This document shows, in pieces, positions 45,992-56,084 of a stretch of 62,516 nucleotides of DNA. The number at the start of each line of letters is the position of its first letter. Position 1 is the stretch's first letter. The stretch covers positions 1 through 62,516 of the forward strand of contig JBDTZG010000030.1 in assembly GCA_040005235.1 (NCBI GenBank), in the 5' to 3' direction. This DNA is from Acidobacteriota bacterium. Its GTDB lineage: Bacteria; Acidobacteriota; Thermoanaerobaculia; Multivoradales; UBA5704. The position numbers were made by a program, and so were the translations under genes. The notes under the pieces were generated by a model. The model did not search any database. It was not told where the DNA came from and was given only the letters and a program-made list of their open reading frames with translations.

Positions 45992-47077
45992 TCAAGGCAC
46001 GATGCGAGTGCCGCTCTCCCCTTCGAGCGCGGCTTCGAGGTGTTCGATGTTGGTGATCAGTGCGGGGCGGCCGGTGGCAGAGACGAAATCGATCGCCGAT
46101 TCGATCTTCGGCCCCATGCTGCCGGCCGGAAACTGTCCTTTGTCGAGCAGGCGGCGCGCCTCGGAAAGCGGCAGGATCAACAGCGGTTCCTGATCCTTAC
46201 GGCCGAAGTTCTTGACCACCTGGGGCACTCCCGTGAGCAGGATGAACAGATCGGCCTTCAAGTCACGCGCGAGCAGGGCCGAAGTGCGGTCCTTGTCGAT
46301 CACCGCTTCGACTCCCACCAGCCGGCCACTTCCCTTGCGCACGACGGGGATGCCTCCTCCTCCGCCCGCGATTACCAGATGGCCGTGTTCGAGCAGGCTG
46401 CGCACCGCGCTGATGTTGACGATCTCCAACGGGCGCGGGCTGGGCACGACCTTCCTCCAGCCTCGGCCGGAATCTTCGACCATCTTCCAGCGCAGGCGCC
46501 GCTGCAGTTCGAGCGCGCGGTGGCGGGCGAAGAACGGGCCGATCGGCTTGCTCGGCGCGCGAAACGCCGGATCGTCGCGGTTCACGGTCACGAGGGTCAA
46601 GACAGTCGCGAGCTGGCGCTTGATGTGCTGCGAGGCGAGCCGGTTGCGGATCGCCAGCTCTAGCAGATAGCCCATGCCGCCTTCGGTCTCGGCGACCGCG
46701 AAATCGACCGTGCCGGGCGGCACTTTGGCAGCGGCCTCTTCCATCTGGATCAGCACCTGGCCGACCTGCGGGCCGTTGCCGTGGACGCAGACCAAGTCGT
46801 AGCCGCGACGGGCGAAATCGGCGAGCCAGACGGCGGCGCCCTCGGAGCGGCGCAATTGCTCGGCGACCGTGCCGTCGTCCTCGGGACGAAGGAGCGCATT
46901 GCCGCCGAACGCGACCACGGCGAGCGGGCGGTGGGTCTTCTGCGTCGCGACCGGCGCCAGGTTCTCGTCGTTGGCGGCCGCCGCGGGAGCTTCCTTTTTG
47001 GCGGCGCCTGCCGTGGCTGCTTTCTTCGTCGGGCGCGCGGGCGCCTTCTTTGCGGGATTCTTGACGGTCGCGGTCAC
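45992..47077 (-). CDS. arcC: Carbamate kinase
   Basis: FGGNAL, HGNGPQVG, KPIG, EAVIDKD, GSMGPK; GTGA overlap with arcA. Confidence 0.93.
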   Translation of the reverse strand: MTATVKNPAKKAPARPTKKAATAGAAKKEAPAAAANDENLAPVATQKTHRPLAVVAFGGNALLRPEDDGTVAEQLRRSEGAAVWLADFARRGYDLVCVHGNGPQVGQVLIQMEEAAAKVPPGTVDFAVAETEGGMGYLLELAIRNRLASQHIKRQLATVLTLVTVNRDDPAFRAPSKPIGPFFARHRALELQRRLRWKMVEDSGRGWRKVVPSPRPLEIVNISAVRSLLEHGHLVIAGGGGGIPVVRKGSGRLVGVEAVIDKDRTSALLARDLKADLFILLTGVPQVVKNFGRKDQEPLLILPLSEARRLLDKGQFPAGSMGPKIESAIDFVSATGRPALITNIEHLEAALEGESGTRIVP

Positions 47078-48342
47078 AGCGGATCCCTTTCGATCGGCAT
47101 GGTCATGCAGCGCGGGCCGCCGCGGGCACGCGACAGCTCGTTGTCGAGCAGGCTGATCACCGTCGGCCCCTGACCGAATACTTCGGTTCGCCCGGCGAGG
47201 AGATCCTCGGCCTCGATGATCCGCCAACCGCGGCGGGACAGCTCGTCGAACGTCCGCCGGTTGCGGTGGTAGAGCAGGATCACGCCGGGGGCCAAGGCGA
47301 ACGCGTTCGCGCCGTCGGTCCACTGCTCGCGCTCCTGGTCGAGCCGATCGGTGCCGCCGCAAGGGACGACTTCAAGGTCGAGCCCGAGATCCGCAAGCGC
47401 GGTGAGCAGCGACGGCCGCACAGCGAACGTCAGCTCCTTGGCGTAGAGGTCGACGTAGTAGATGTGCGCCGACTCGGCGCGGCCGGGCTCGATCACCGGC
47501 AGGTGGGCGAGGCACGCGCCGTGGTCGATCTGGGTGAAGACCGTGTCGAGGTGCATGTAGGAACGCGAGCGCGGCAGCTCGACCAAAATCAGATGGCGGA
47601 ACGAGGTTTCCTCAAGCCGCAGGTACTCGGCGAGCACCTCGACGCCGCGCCGGTTGGTCCGCTCGGAGACGCCGACGCAGACGATCTCCGGGCTCATCAC
47701 CAGGACGTCGCCCCCTTCGAGCGTGGGGTAGGGGTAGGACGGATCGTGATGCCGCGCGCCCGAGGGGGGCACCTCGATCTCGAACGTCGCGGCGAGCCCC
47801 GCGAATTGCGGATGATGGCGGACCACCATGCCGGAAAGCAGCGGCTCGCGCTCGCGCGCCTCGGTCGCCATCGAAGAGATCACCGCGCGGTTGCCCAGGA
47901 CCACCATCGGATCGCGCTGGAAGAAGTAGTTCGGCAGGGGGGTGAGGTCAAAGATCTTTCGCCGGCCGAGGTCGGGCGAGGCCGAGAGCATCCCTTCGAT
48001 CAGGGCCGAGGCGAGCGCGCCGGGCGCCAGATCGCCGAGCGCCGTGACGTCCTCCCGGGCGACCCCGTATTCGGTCTCCAGATCGAGCAGCAGCTGAGCG
48101 TGCGGTTCTTCGTTCGCGAATACCTCGGCGAGCAGGTCGCGCGGGTCGAGAACCGAAACGCCCGCGCTTGCCAGCACGCCGCGAAACGAGTCGTGCTCCT
48201 CGCGCGCGCCGTCGCCGAACAGGATGTCGTCGAACAGCAGGGTTTCCATCATGGACGGGACCATCCGGTCGATCTCCCGGCCGGGGCGATGCACCAGGAC
48301 GCGCCGCAGGCGTCCGATTTCCGAATCGACGTGAATCGACAT
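47074..48342 (-). CDS. arcA: Arginine deiminase
   Basis: VDSEIGRL, PNYFFQRD, EGGD, MHLDT, RGGPRCMT. Confidence 0.93.
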   Translation of the reverse strand: MSIHVDSEIGRLRRVLVHRPGREIDRMVPSMMETLLFDDILFGDGAREEHDSFRGVLASAGVSVLDPRDLLAEVFANEEPHAQLLLDLETEYGVAREDVTALGDLAPGALASALIEGMLSASPDLGRRKIFDLTPLPNYFFQRDPMVVLGNRAVISSMATEAREREPLLSGMVVRHHPQFAGLAATFEIEVPPSGARHHDPSYPYPTLEGGDVLVMSPEIVCVGVSERTNRRGVEVLAEYLRLEETSFRHLILVELPRSRSYMHLDTVFTQIDHGACLAHLPVIEPGRAESAHIYYVDLYAKELTFAVRPSLLTALADLGLDLEVVPCGGTDRLDQEREQWTDGANAFALAPGVILLYHRNRRTFDELSRRGWRIIEAEDLLAGRTEVFGQGPTVISLLDNELSRARGGPRCMTMPIERDPL

Positions 48343-48463
48343 AAGGGGACTCTGAATTCCGAAGTACGTCAGGTGAAACGAGGGGAAACGGGAGCAGCCC
48401 GTCACCGGACCGAGAGGGAATTGTACCAGACGGGGTTTTGAAACCCGATAAACTCAGGAGGCC

Positions 48464-49909
48464 ATGACTCCATCTCTCGACGATTCCCCTCAGAATCCCC
48501 TGTACGAACGCTATGCCTCGCGCGAGATGATGCGGATCTTCTCGGCGCGCAACCGCTACGGCACCTGGCGGACACTCTGGATCGCCCTGGCCGAAAGTCA
48601 GCGCGAGCTGGGCCTGCCGATCTCCGAGGCGCAGATCGCGGCGCTCAAGAAAACCGCGGGCGACCTCGATCTCTCCCGCGTCGCCGAGCTCGAACGGCGC
48701 ACGCGCCACGACGTCGTCGCCCACCTGCGCCACTATGCCGAGCAGGCCGATGCGGTGGAACCGGGAGCCGGGGGAATTCTCCACCTCGGCGCCACGTCCG
48801 CCTTCCTGACCGACAACACGGACGTGCTTTTGATGCGCGAGGGGCTGCACCTGCTGCGCCGTCGGCTCGGCGCGGCGGCCCGTGCGTTGGCCGATTTCGC
48901 CCGCCGGACGCGGGCGATTCCCACCCTCGCCTACACGCATCTTCAGCCGGCGCAGCTCACCACCGTGGGCAAGCGCGCGAGCCTTTGGCTTCAGGACCTA
49001 CTCGAAGACCTTGCGGAGCTGGACCACCGCCTCGCACGCCTGCGCTGCCGCGGGGCCAAAGGAACCACCGGCACGCAAGCGAGCTTCCTCACTTTATTCG
49101 GCGGCGATCACGAGAAGGTCCGCGCGCTCGATTCGCGGCTCGCCGCACGGCTCGGTTTCGCCGAGAGCTTCGCCCTCACCGGCCAGACCTACACGCGGAA
49201 GCAGGACAGCCAAGTCCTGCAAACCCTGGCCGGCATCGGAGAGAGTTGCCACAAGCTGGGCACCGATCTGCGCCTGCTGCAAGGGCTGGGGGAGCTGTCC
49301 GAGCCGTTCGACGCCGAGCAGGTCGGCTCTTCCGCGATGGCCTACAAGCGGAACCCGATCCGCGCCGAGCGGATGTGCGGCCTCGCCCGGCGCCTGCTGA
49401 CGGACGCTCTCAACGGGCCGCTCAACACGGCGACCCAGTGGCTCGAACGGAGCCTCGACGATTCGGCGAATCGGCGCCTGGTTATTACCGACATGTTTTT
49501 GACCGCCGACGCGGTGATCGGCCTCGCCGCGCATATCGCTGGCGGGCTCGTGGTGCGCGAGGCGTCGATCGCCGCGCGCATCGCCAAAGAGCTGCCGTTC
49601 ATGGCGACCGAGACGCTGCTGATGGAATCCGCACTGCGCGGCGGCGACCGGCAGGAATTGCACGAACGAATTCGCCGGTACAGCCTGGAGACGCAAGGTG
49701 AATTGGAACAAGGCGGAGAGAACCGATTGATCGATCGCATCGCGGCCGACGCCGATTTTCGGCTGAGCCGCGAAGAGATCGAACCTTGGCTCGATCCGCA
49801 ATCCTTCACCGGCCGCGCGGCCCAACAGGTCGATGATTTTCTGGCGGAGATCGCGGGACCCGCATTGGCGGCCATTGCCGAGGAGGAGGTGGAAGCGCCA
49901 CGGGTGTAG
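48464..49909 (+). CDS. purB: Adenylosuccinate lyase
   Basis: RHDV, HLGATS, THLQPAQ, GSSAMAYKRNP. Confidence 0.95.
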   Translation: MTPSLDDSPQNPLYERYASREMMRIFSARNRYGTWRTLWIALAESQRELGLPISEAQIAALKKTAGDLDLSRVAELERRTRHDVVAHLRHYAEQADAVEPGAGGILHLGATSAFLTDNTDVLLMREGLHLLRRRLGAAARALADFARRTRAIPTLAYTHLQPAQLTTVGKRASLWLQDLLEDLAELDHRLARLRCRGAKGTTGTQASFLTLFGGDHEKVRALDSRLAARLGFAESFALTGQTYTRKQDSQVLQTLAGIGESCHKLGTDLRLLQGLGELSEPFDAEQVGSSAMAYKRNPIRAERMCGLARRLLTDALNGPLNTATQWLERSLDDSANRRLVITDMFLTADAVIGLAAHIAGGLVVREASIAARIAKELPFMATETLLMESALRGGDRQELHERIRRYSLETQGELEQGGENRLIDRIAADADFRLSREEIEPWLDPQSFTGRAAQQVDDFLAEIAGPALAAIAEEEVEAPRV

Positions 49910-50108
49910 CCCCAAAAACGTCTGTGTTACAATCCAGCCGCTCGCCGTAGTTGTACGTTCGCACTACGCTGCACACGCTGTCCGACGGAGACCCTCCGGA
50001 CGAACGAGCGCGAAGAGCTTGCCTCTCGACCAGAACTTTGGACCCGACCGCGTGGCGCAGTCGTTCTCGAATGCCGCGGCCGCTTCTCTTCGAGGGCGAT
50101 GTCGGCGC

Positions 50109-50732
50109 ATGCTCCGGTGCGGTGTTTTTATCCTCCTGCCGTTCTTGCTCTTTGGTTGCTCGACCCTCCGCAAACCCATAGCTGCAAAGTCCACGCCGTC
50201 AATCGGCCCTTTCTATTCCAAAGGCGTCGCGTCCTGGTATGGCGGCGAGTTCCACGGCCGGCGCACCGCGAGCGGTGAGCGTTACGATCAATACGGCTTT
50301 ACCGCCGCGCATCGCACGCTGCCGTTCGGTACCAGGCTCACGGTGACCAATCTTGCGAACGGTTTGAGCACCTTGGTCAAAGTCAACGACCGCGGGCCTT
50401 TCGCCAAGGATCGGATCCTCGATCTGTCGTATGGCGCGGCGAAGGCGATCGGCCTGGTCGGGCCCGGCACCGGCACCGTGCAGTTGGAGCTGGTCGACGG
50501 TCCCGGACCGCCGCCGCGCTTCACCGTGCAGATCGGCGCGTTCTCGGCGCCCGAGCGCGCCAACGAGCTGCACGATCGGCTGCAAGGCACGTTCCCCGAG
50601 GTGTACGTGCAGACCGACGGCACCTGGTATCGCGTCCAGGTGGGCGCTTTCGGCGAGCGGGATCAGGCCGAAGGCATGCGCCGCGAGCTGGCCGCGCTCG
50701 GCATGTCGGCGTTCGTGATCGCCGCCCAGTAG
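50109..50732 (+). CDS. rlpA: Septal ring lytic transglycosylase RlpA (DPBB + SPOR) lipoprotein
   Basis: Lipobox LFGC; ASWYG, TAAHRTLPFG, VNDRGP; VQIGAF. Confidence 0.9.
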   Translation: MLRCGVFILLPFLLFGCSTLRKPIAAKSTPSIGPFYSKGVASWYGGEFHGRRTASGERYDQYGFTAAHRTLPFGTRLTVTNLANGLSTLVKVNDRGPFAKDRILDLSYGAAKAIGLVGPGTGTVQLELVDGPGPPPRFTVQIGAFSAPERANELHDRLQGTFPEVYVQTDGTWYRVQVGAFGERDQAEGMRRELAALGMSAFVIAAQ

Positions 50733-50802
50733 CGCCGCTCCACAACGGCGCTCCACGGCGCTCCAAACGAAGCGGCCGAAAAATCGGCACTCTCAAAAAG
50801 CG

Positions 50803-50831
50803 AAAAGCCCCGCGGCGGCTGCCGCGAGGCT
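50803..50831 (-). terminator. Terminator downstream of HU
   Basis: Minus strand AGCCTCGCGGC-AGCC-GCCGCGGGGCT-TTT. Confidence 0.6.
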
Positions 50832-50858
50832 CGGAGGTTTCGACTCGTGAAGAGGCGC

Positions 50859-51158
50859 CTACCGCTTGCGGCTCTTCTTGTTGACGGCCTCTTTGAGCTC
50901 CTTGCCCGCCTTGAAACGGACGCTCTTGCTGGCCTTGATCGTGATGGTGGCACCGGTGGCGGGATTGCGCCCCTTGCGCGCCGCGCGCTCGGAAATCGAG
51001 AAACTCCCGAGCCCTGTCACTTTCACAGTGCCGTCGCTGTGCAGATGCTTGCGCACCGATGCGACGACCGCTTCGAACGCCTCGGCTGCTTGACGCTTGG
51101 TCAAACCTTCGACGGCACCCGCGATATCTTCTACGATTTGCGCCTTACCAGCGGCCAT
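50859..51158 (-). CDS. hup: HU family DNA-binding protein
   Basis: GLGSFS..RAARKGRNPATG..FKAGKELK; AAGGAGG RBS. Confidence 0.93.
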   Translation of the reverse strand: MAAGKAQIVEDIAGAVEGLTKRQAAEAFEAVVASVRKHLHSDGTVKVTGLGSFSISERAARKGRNPATGATITIKASKSVRFKAGKELKEAVNKKSRKR

Positions 51159-51228
51159 ACTCTGTCTCCTCCTTGAATGTCGCTCAGGTGAAACGGTGTC
51201 ACAACATAAGTCAACACCTTGCGACCTG

Positions 51229-52677
51229 TCAAGGCACGTCGGCGGCACGAAAACCAGCATCTTGCTGGGTTTTTTCGAGTACATGGACGGAAAAGCCGTC
51301 GTGCTCGTCCGCCGTGGGCAGGCGCCAGAAACCGGGCGACTGGATACCGCGGACGATCTGCGGCGGCAGCCGGGAGGCGAGGTCGAGCGGTGCAAACTCA
51401 GGCCGCCCGGCCAAGAACCGGGCGATCACGTGCTCGTTCTCTTCCTCTTCGAGCGAACAGGTGATCGCGACCAACAAACCGCCCGGGGCGACCAGCGGCG
51501 CGCTCCCTTCGAGCAGGCGCAACGCCTGATCCGCGAGGCGCCCGATCTCCGATTCGCTGATCCGCCACTTGAGCTCCGGGTTCTTGCGCAGGGTGCCGGT
51601 GCCGGTGCAGGGCAGGTCGAGCACCACGCGATCGAACGAGCCCGGCGCGAACGGCGGCGCGCCCGCGTCGGCGATCAGACCGGCCAAGTTGCGGTCCATT
51701 CGACGCAGATTCGCGGCGAGAATCGAGTATCGACCAGGAGAGATGTCGGCGAGCGTCAAACGCACCGACGGGTCCCAGGCGAGCAGCGAAAAGCTCTTGC
51801 CGCCCGGGGCCGCGGCGGCGTCGAGGATGCGTTCGCCTGGGCGCGGCGGCGGGATCAGCGCGGAGGCCTGGCTCGCCTCGTCCTGGACGTAGAAATCGCC
51901 GCGGCGAAAGGCTTCGGTCGCGATCGGCTGGCCGCTGCGCACCGTGAGTCCCAGCGCCGAAAGCGGCGTCGGCTCGACCTCCAGCCCTTCGTCGATCAAC
52001 TGCTCGGCGAGCAGCTCCCGGCCGCCGCGATCGCGAAACGCGAGCAGCTGGAGCGGCCGTTGGCGATTGTTCGCGGCGAGCAGTGCGCGCGTGTCCGCCT
52101 CGCCGAAGCGCGCGAGCCAGCGGCGGACGAGAAAATCCGGATGGGAAAGCTCGATCCCCAGCCGGCGCACCGGGTCGGCCTCTTCGATCGGCCACTCTTC
52201 GAGCCGTGGCGCGCGCGCGATCCGGCGCAGCACCGCGTTGACGAAACCCGCGGCGCCGCGATGGGCGAGATTGTGGACCTGCTCGACCGCCTCGTGGACC
52301 GCGGCATGGGCGGGGACCCGATCGAGGAACAGCAGCTGATAGGCCGCGATGCGCAACGGCGAGCGCAAGGTCGGCTCGATCTCCTCCAACTGCCGATTGG
52401 CCGCCCGCGCGATGACGTGATCGAGCAATCGCAGCCAGCGCAGGCTGCCGAGCGCCAGCTCGGTGAGGAGCCCTTGGTCCCGTTCGTCGAAGCGGGCAAG
52501 GGCGCTGCCGAGAAAGCTGTCGATCGGCGCGTGCGAAGCGAGGACGCGATCGAGCACCCAGGCCGCCGCAATGCGCACGTTGTCCTGCTGCGTCCGCCGC
52601 GGCGTCAACCGACGGCTGGGCGGCGGCCCGGCGCTCGAAGCGCGGGGGGACGGCGCGGAGGGGCGATGTTTGCTCAA
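51229..52677 (-). CDS. rsmB: 16S rRNA m5C967 methyltransferase RsmB (NusB-like + Sun)
   Basis: FVNAVLR, YVQDEAS, DAAAAPGGK, DLPCTGTG, TCSL. Confidence 0.9.
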   Translation of the reverse strand: MSKHRPSAPSPRASSAGPPPSRRLTPRRTQQDNVRIAAAWVLDRVLASHAPIDSFLGSALARFDERDQGLLTELALGSLRWLRLLDHVIARAANRQLEEIEPTLRSPLRIAAYQLLFLDRVPAHAAVHEAVEQVHNLAHRGAAGFVNAVLRRIARAPRLEEWPIEEADPVRRLGIELSHPDFLVRRWLARFGEADTRALLAANNRQRPLQLLAFRDRGGRELLAEQLIDEGLEVEPTPLSALGLTVRSGQPIATEAFRRGDFYVQDEASQASALIPPPRPGERILDAAAAPGGKSFSLLAWDPSVRLTLADISPGRYSILAANLRRMDRNLAGLIADAGAPPFAPGSFDRVVLDLPCTGTGTLRKNPELKWRISESEIGRLADQALRLLEGSAPLVAPGGLLVAITCSLEEEENEHVIARFLAGRPEFAPLDLASRLPPQIVRGIQSPGFWRLPTADEHDGFSVHVLEKTQQDAGFRAADVP

Positions 52678-52709
52678 AGCGGCTCTCGGGTTCTCAAGCC
52701 AGGTGAAAA

Positions 52710-53660
52710 TCAGGAAAAGCGCGCGCCGACGGCGAGGCGCTCGCCGTTGGCGAAATCGGCGGCGAGGAGCGGGCGCCGGCCCGGGCGTTGCAGCTCGAGG
52801 AGCGCGAGCGCGCCGTCGCCGCAGGCGACTTGAAGCGCACCGTCAGAGATTGCAACGACGGTGCCGGGAGCGGAAGAAGCGAGAGGGATGGGATCCTCGG
52901 CGGGCCGCGCGCGAACGATCTTGATCGGCGTGCCGGAAAGCTCGGCGGAGAGTCCCGGCCAGGGGGTAAACGCCCGCAGCCGGTCGGCGAGCGTCCGCGC
53001 GGGCAGCGACCAGTCGACCCGGCCGGCGCCCTTGGCGATCCGCGGCGCGTAGCTCGCCCGAGCGTCCTCTTGGGCGACCGAGGCGAGGTCGCCGGCCTCC
53101 AGCCGGTCGAGCGTTTCGAGGATCAACCGCGCGCCGACCGCCGCGAGGCGCGTCGACAGGTCCCCGCTGGTCTCCGCCGGGCCGATCGCCACGTTTTCTT
53201 GCAGCAGGATCGGCCCGGTGTCGAGCCCCTGTTCCATGCGCATGGTGGTCACTCCGGTCGTCGTCTCGCCCGCGGCAATCGCTCCTTGGATCGGCGCCGC
53301 ACCGCGATAGGCCGGCAGCAGCGACGCATGCAGGTTGATGCAGCCGAGCCGCGGCGCCGCGAGCAGGCGAGCGGGAAAGATCTGGCCGAACGCGACGACG
53401 ATCGCGACGTCCAAATCGAGCGCTTCGAGCCGTGCCAGAAATTCCGGTTCACGGACCCTCTCGGGCTGAGCGAGCGGCAAACTTTCCCTTTGCGCATAGC
53501 CGGCGACCGGCGGTTGCTGCAGCCGTCCGCCGCGGCCGGCGGGCCGGTCGGGTTGGGCGACCACGAGCAACGGTGCCCGCCCAGCGCGCACCAGCGCATC
53601 CAGGGTGGGAACCGCAAAGTCGGGGGTACCGAAGAAAGCGAGGCGAGAGATCAGCGGCAT
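52710..53660 (-). CDS. fmt: Methionyl-tRNA formyltransferase
   Basis: FFGTPDFA, NLHASLLPAYRGAAPI, GLDTG. Confidence 0.95.
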   Translation of the reverse strand: MPLISRLAFFGTPDFAVPTLDALVRAGRAPLLVVAQPDRPAGRGGRLQQPPVAGYAQRESLPLAQPERVREPEFLARLEALDLDVAIVVAFGQIFPARLLAAPRLGCINLHASLLPAYRGAAPIQGAIAAGETTTGVTTMRMEQGLDTGPILLQENVAIGPAETSGDLSTRLAAVGARLILETLDRLEAGDLASVAQEDARASYAPRIAKGAGRVDWSLPARTLADRLRAFTPWPGLSAELSGTPIKIVRARPAEDPIPLASSAPGTVVAISDGALQVACGDGALALLELQRPGRRPLLAADFANGERLAVGARFS

Positions 53661-53695
53661 TCACGACGGATCGTACCACCCCGGCCCTAAACGAA

Positions 53696-53721
53696 GCGCG
53701 CCCCGCCGGGGCGGGGCGCGC
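53696..53721 (-). terminator. GC-rich hairpin terminator
   Basis: GCGCGCCCCGCC-N2-GGCGGGGCGCGC followed by TTCGTTT on the minus strand. Confidence 0.5.
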
Positions 53722-53798
53722 AAACCAGATCGAATTGTAAAGACGCCCCAGTACCCCACCACGACAGAACCGGGTGCTGGCCGTCGGGGCGTCTCACA

Positions 53799-55019
53799 TT
53801 ACAGCGGGTTGCCGATCTGGATGTCGCGCTCGCCGATCAAGGTGGTCACGCCGAAATCGTCAACCACGACCACGTTGATCGAATGGCGGCCGTTCGAGAA
53901 ACGCGTGGTGTCGAGCGAAAACGTCCAGTTGGCGATCGTGCTCTCGGGGTAGCCCGGATACTGAGTATTCACCCCCGGGCTCGCGATGCCGGTCGTGGCG
54001 AGACCCTGAAACGCGCCGTCGACGAAGACCTGCACGCTAGAGATCCCCTCCCAATCGAGCGCCCAGCCGCGCGCTTCGACCGTTCCGGCATAGGTGAGGG
54101 CTTTGGTGGGGTAGCCGATCAGTCCGAACGAGTTTTCGTTGCCGAGGTCTTCGTCGCAGCTGAAATTGACCGGCATCTCGGCGATGTTGACCACCTGGCC
54201 GAACAGGTCGCCGGAGCGGATCGTGATCGTGTGCGCGCCGGGTCCGTAACCGAACGCCATCAGTTGGCCGATGTCGAGCACGAAGCGCCAGCCGGCGTGG
54301 GGGCTGTTCGGCAGGCCGGGGAACTGATGCTCGATGTCGAGCCGCCGCAGGCCGTAGCACTCGGTCAGGCCGCCGGTCAGCGTCGAATAGAAGCAGTCGG
54401 ACTGGGTGTTGGCAAAGACCGCGCGATCGATCAACAGCTCGACGTAGCCGACGCCCGTGTCGTCCGTCTGCACGCCGGAATCGAGCGCCCAGCCGGTAAC
54501 CGCGTAGAGCCGGCGGTGGCCGTCGGAAAGATCGCAGCGACCGCGCATTTCGGCGTTCTGGTTGGGGAACTCGATCCGGCCGAACGGGGTGAGGTTGTGG
54601 GTGACGTTGTTGAACTCGAACACCCGGCTGTTGAGAAGTGTCACCTCGCCGCTCTTCGACAGGACCCGCGGCTGCACGCGATGCTGGCCGTTCAAGAACC
54701 GGGTGGTGTCGAGCTGGTAGGCGAAGCCGGGCAGGTTCGTATCCGGGTAGCCCGGAAACTGCCGCGTCACCTGCGGCCGGCTGCGGCCGAAGGTCGAGCG
54801 GCCGACGAGAATGCCGTCGACCATGATGTCGACCGCCGCGATGCCGTTGTCGTCGAGGGCCCAGCCGAAGATCGGCATCTGCGCCGAACCGGCGTTGCCG
54901 CCGCCCACTTTGCCCCCGAAAGATCCGAACGGAGCCGCGGCCCGTGCCGGGGCGCCCGCAAGTGCGACGAGGGCGATCGAGGCAAACGCCGCCCCGGTCA
55001 GAATTCGATTGCGCTTCAT
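53799..55019 (-). CDS. Secreted protein with three Ig-like 'GWALD' repeats
   Basis: GGAGG RBS; signal ending ARA; three GWALD...[FY]PG[YL]P...LD repeats. Confidence 0.8.
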   Translation of the reverse strand: MKRNRILTGAAFASIALVALAGAPARAAAPFGSFGGKVGGGNAGSAQMPIFGWALDDNGIAAVDIMVDGILVGRSTFGRSRPQVTRQFPGYPDTNLPGFAYQLDTTRFLNGQHRVQPRVLSKSGEVTLLNSRVFEFNNVTHNLTPFGRIEFPNQNAEMRGRCDLSDGHRRLYAVTGWALDSGVQTDDTGVGYVELLIDRAVFANTQSDCFYSTLTGGLTECYGLRRLDIEHQFPGLPNSPHAGWRFVLDIGQLMAFGYGPGAHTITIRSGDLFGQVVNIAEMPVNFSCDEDLGNENSFGLIGYPTKALTYAGTVEARGWALDWEGISSVQVFVDGAFQGLATTGIASPGVNTQYPGYPESTIANWTFSLDTTRFSNGRHSINVVVVDDFGVTTLIGERDIQIGNPL

Positions 55020-55079
55020 CGCTCTACCTCCAAAACCGCGAGCTTTTGCCAACATCGTACGGCAGCTATATAAAAAAAG

Positions 55080-56045
55080 TCAATTTGGATCGGGACTTAA
55101 GAGGCCGCCCAGGAAACCGTCCACCAATAGGGGCAGATTCGCGAGATCGTAACCCCCTTCGAGGACCGCGAGGAGCCGGCCGCCCGCGACCTCGTCGGCG
55201 AGCGCGGCAAGCTGGCGGCCCCAAGTGGCGAAGCCCTGCTCGGTGACCGCCATGCCGCCCAGCGGGTCGCCGCGCCAGGCGTCGAAACCGGCCGAGAGGA
55301 GCAACACGTCGGGCCGGAAGCGGGCGAGCGCCGGCAGGATCCGCTCGGCGAACACCTCCGCGTATCCCTCGTCGCCGGTGCCCGCCGGGAGCGGCACGTT
55401 GAGCGTCGCGGCGAGCCCCGGCCCGCGGCCGGCCTCTCCCGCCGCTCCGGTGCCCGGATAGAACGGAAACTGGTGGGTGCTGGCGTAGAAGACGTCGGCG
55501 CGCTCTTCGAACAGGTGTTGGGTGCCGTTGCCGTGGTGGACGTCGAAATCGAAGATCGCCACCCGCTCGGCGCCTCGGTCGCATAAGTGCTGGGCGGCGA
55601 CCGCCACGTTGTTGAAGAAGCAGAAGCCCATGGCGAGCGCCTTTTCGGCATGGTGTCCTGGGGGGCGGACCGCGGCGAAGGCATAGGCCCCGCCCTCGTT
55701 CGTCGCATGCTCCGCCGCCGCGAGAGTCGCCGAGACGGCGGCCCAGGCGGCCTCCCAGGTCCCCGCCGAAAGGGGATTGTCGGCCGAGTCGAGGAGGGCG
55801 TCGCCCCGTGCCGCGGCGCGGCGGAAGCGTTCGACGTAGGCGGGATCGTGGACCGCGGAAACCGCCGCTTCGGCCACCTCGCGAGCGACTCCTTCCGAGG
55901 TGATCGGCCAGCCGCGTGTCGAAAGATGAGACATCACGCCGGCCAGCCGGTCGGGAACCTCCGGGTAGCCGCGCGGCGCCCGGTGTTCGAGGCAGCGGGG
56001 CTCGGTGAAGACGCGCACGGCGCGGATTTTTCCGTCTTCGTTCAT
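55080..56045 (-). CDS. Histone deacetylase family protein
   Basis: RPPGHHA, GFCFFNN, DFDVHHGNGTQ, SAGFD, LEGGY. Confidence 0.93.
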   Translation of the reverse strand: MNEDGKIRAVRVFTEPRCLEHRAPRGYPEVPDRLAGVMSHLSTRGWPITSEGVAREVAEAAVSAVHDPAYVERFRRAAARGDALLDSADNPLSAGTWEAAWAAVSATLAAAEHATNEGGAYAFAAVRPPGHHAEKALAMGFCFFNNVAVAAQHLCDRGAERVAIFDFDVHHGNGTQHLFEERADVFYASTHQFPFYPGTGAAGEAGRGPGLAATLNVPLPAGTGDEGYAEVFAERILPALARFRPDVLLLSAGFDAWRGDPLGGMAVTEQGFATWGRQLAALADEVAGGRLLAVLEGGYDLANLPLLVDGFLGGLLSPDPN

Positions 56046-56084
56046 GTTTCTTCCTCGCTCCAAGGGAGGCGCCTTCGGCGCGAA

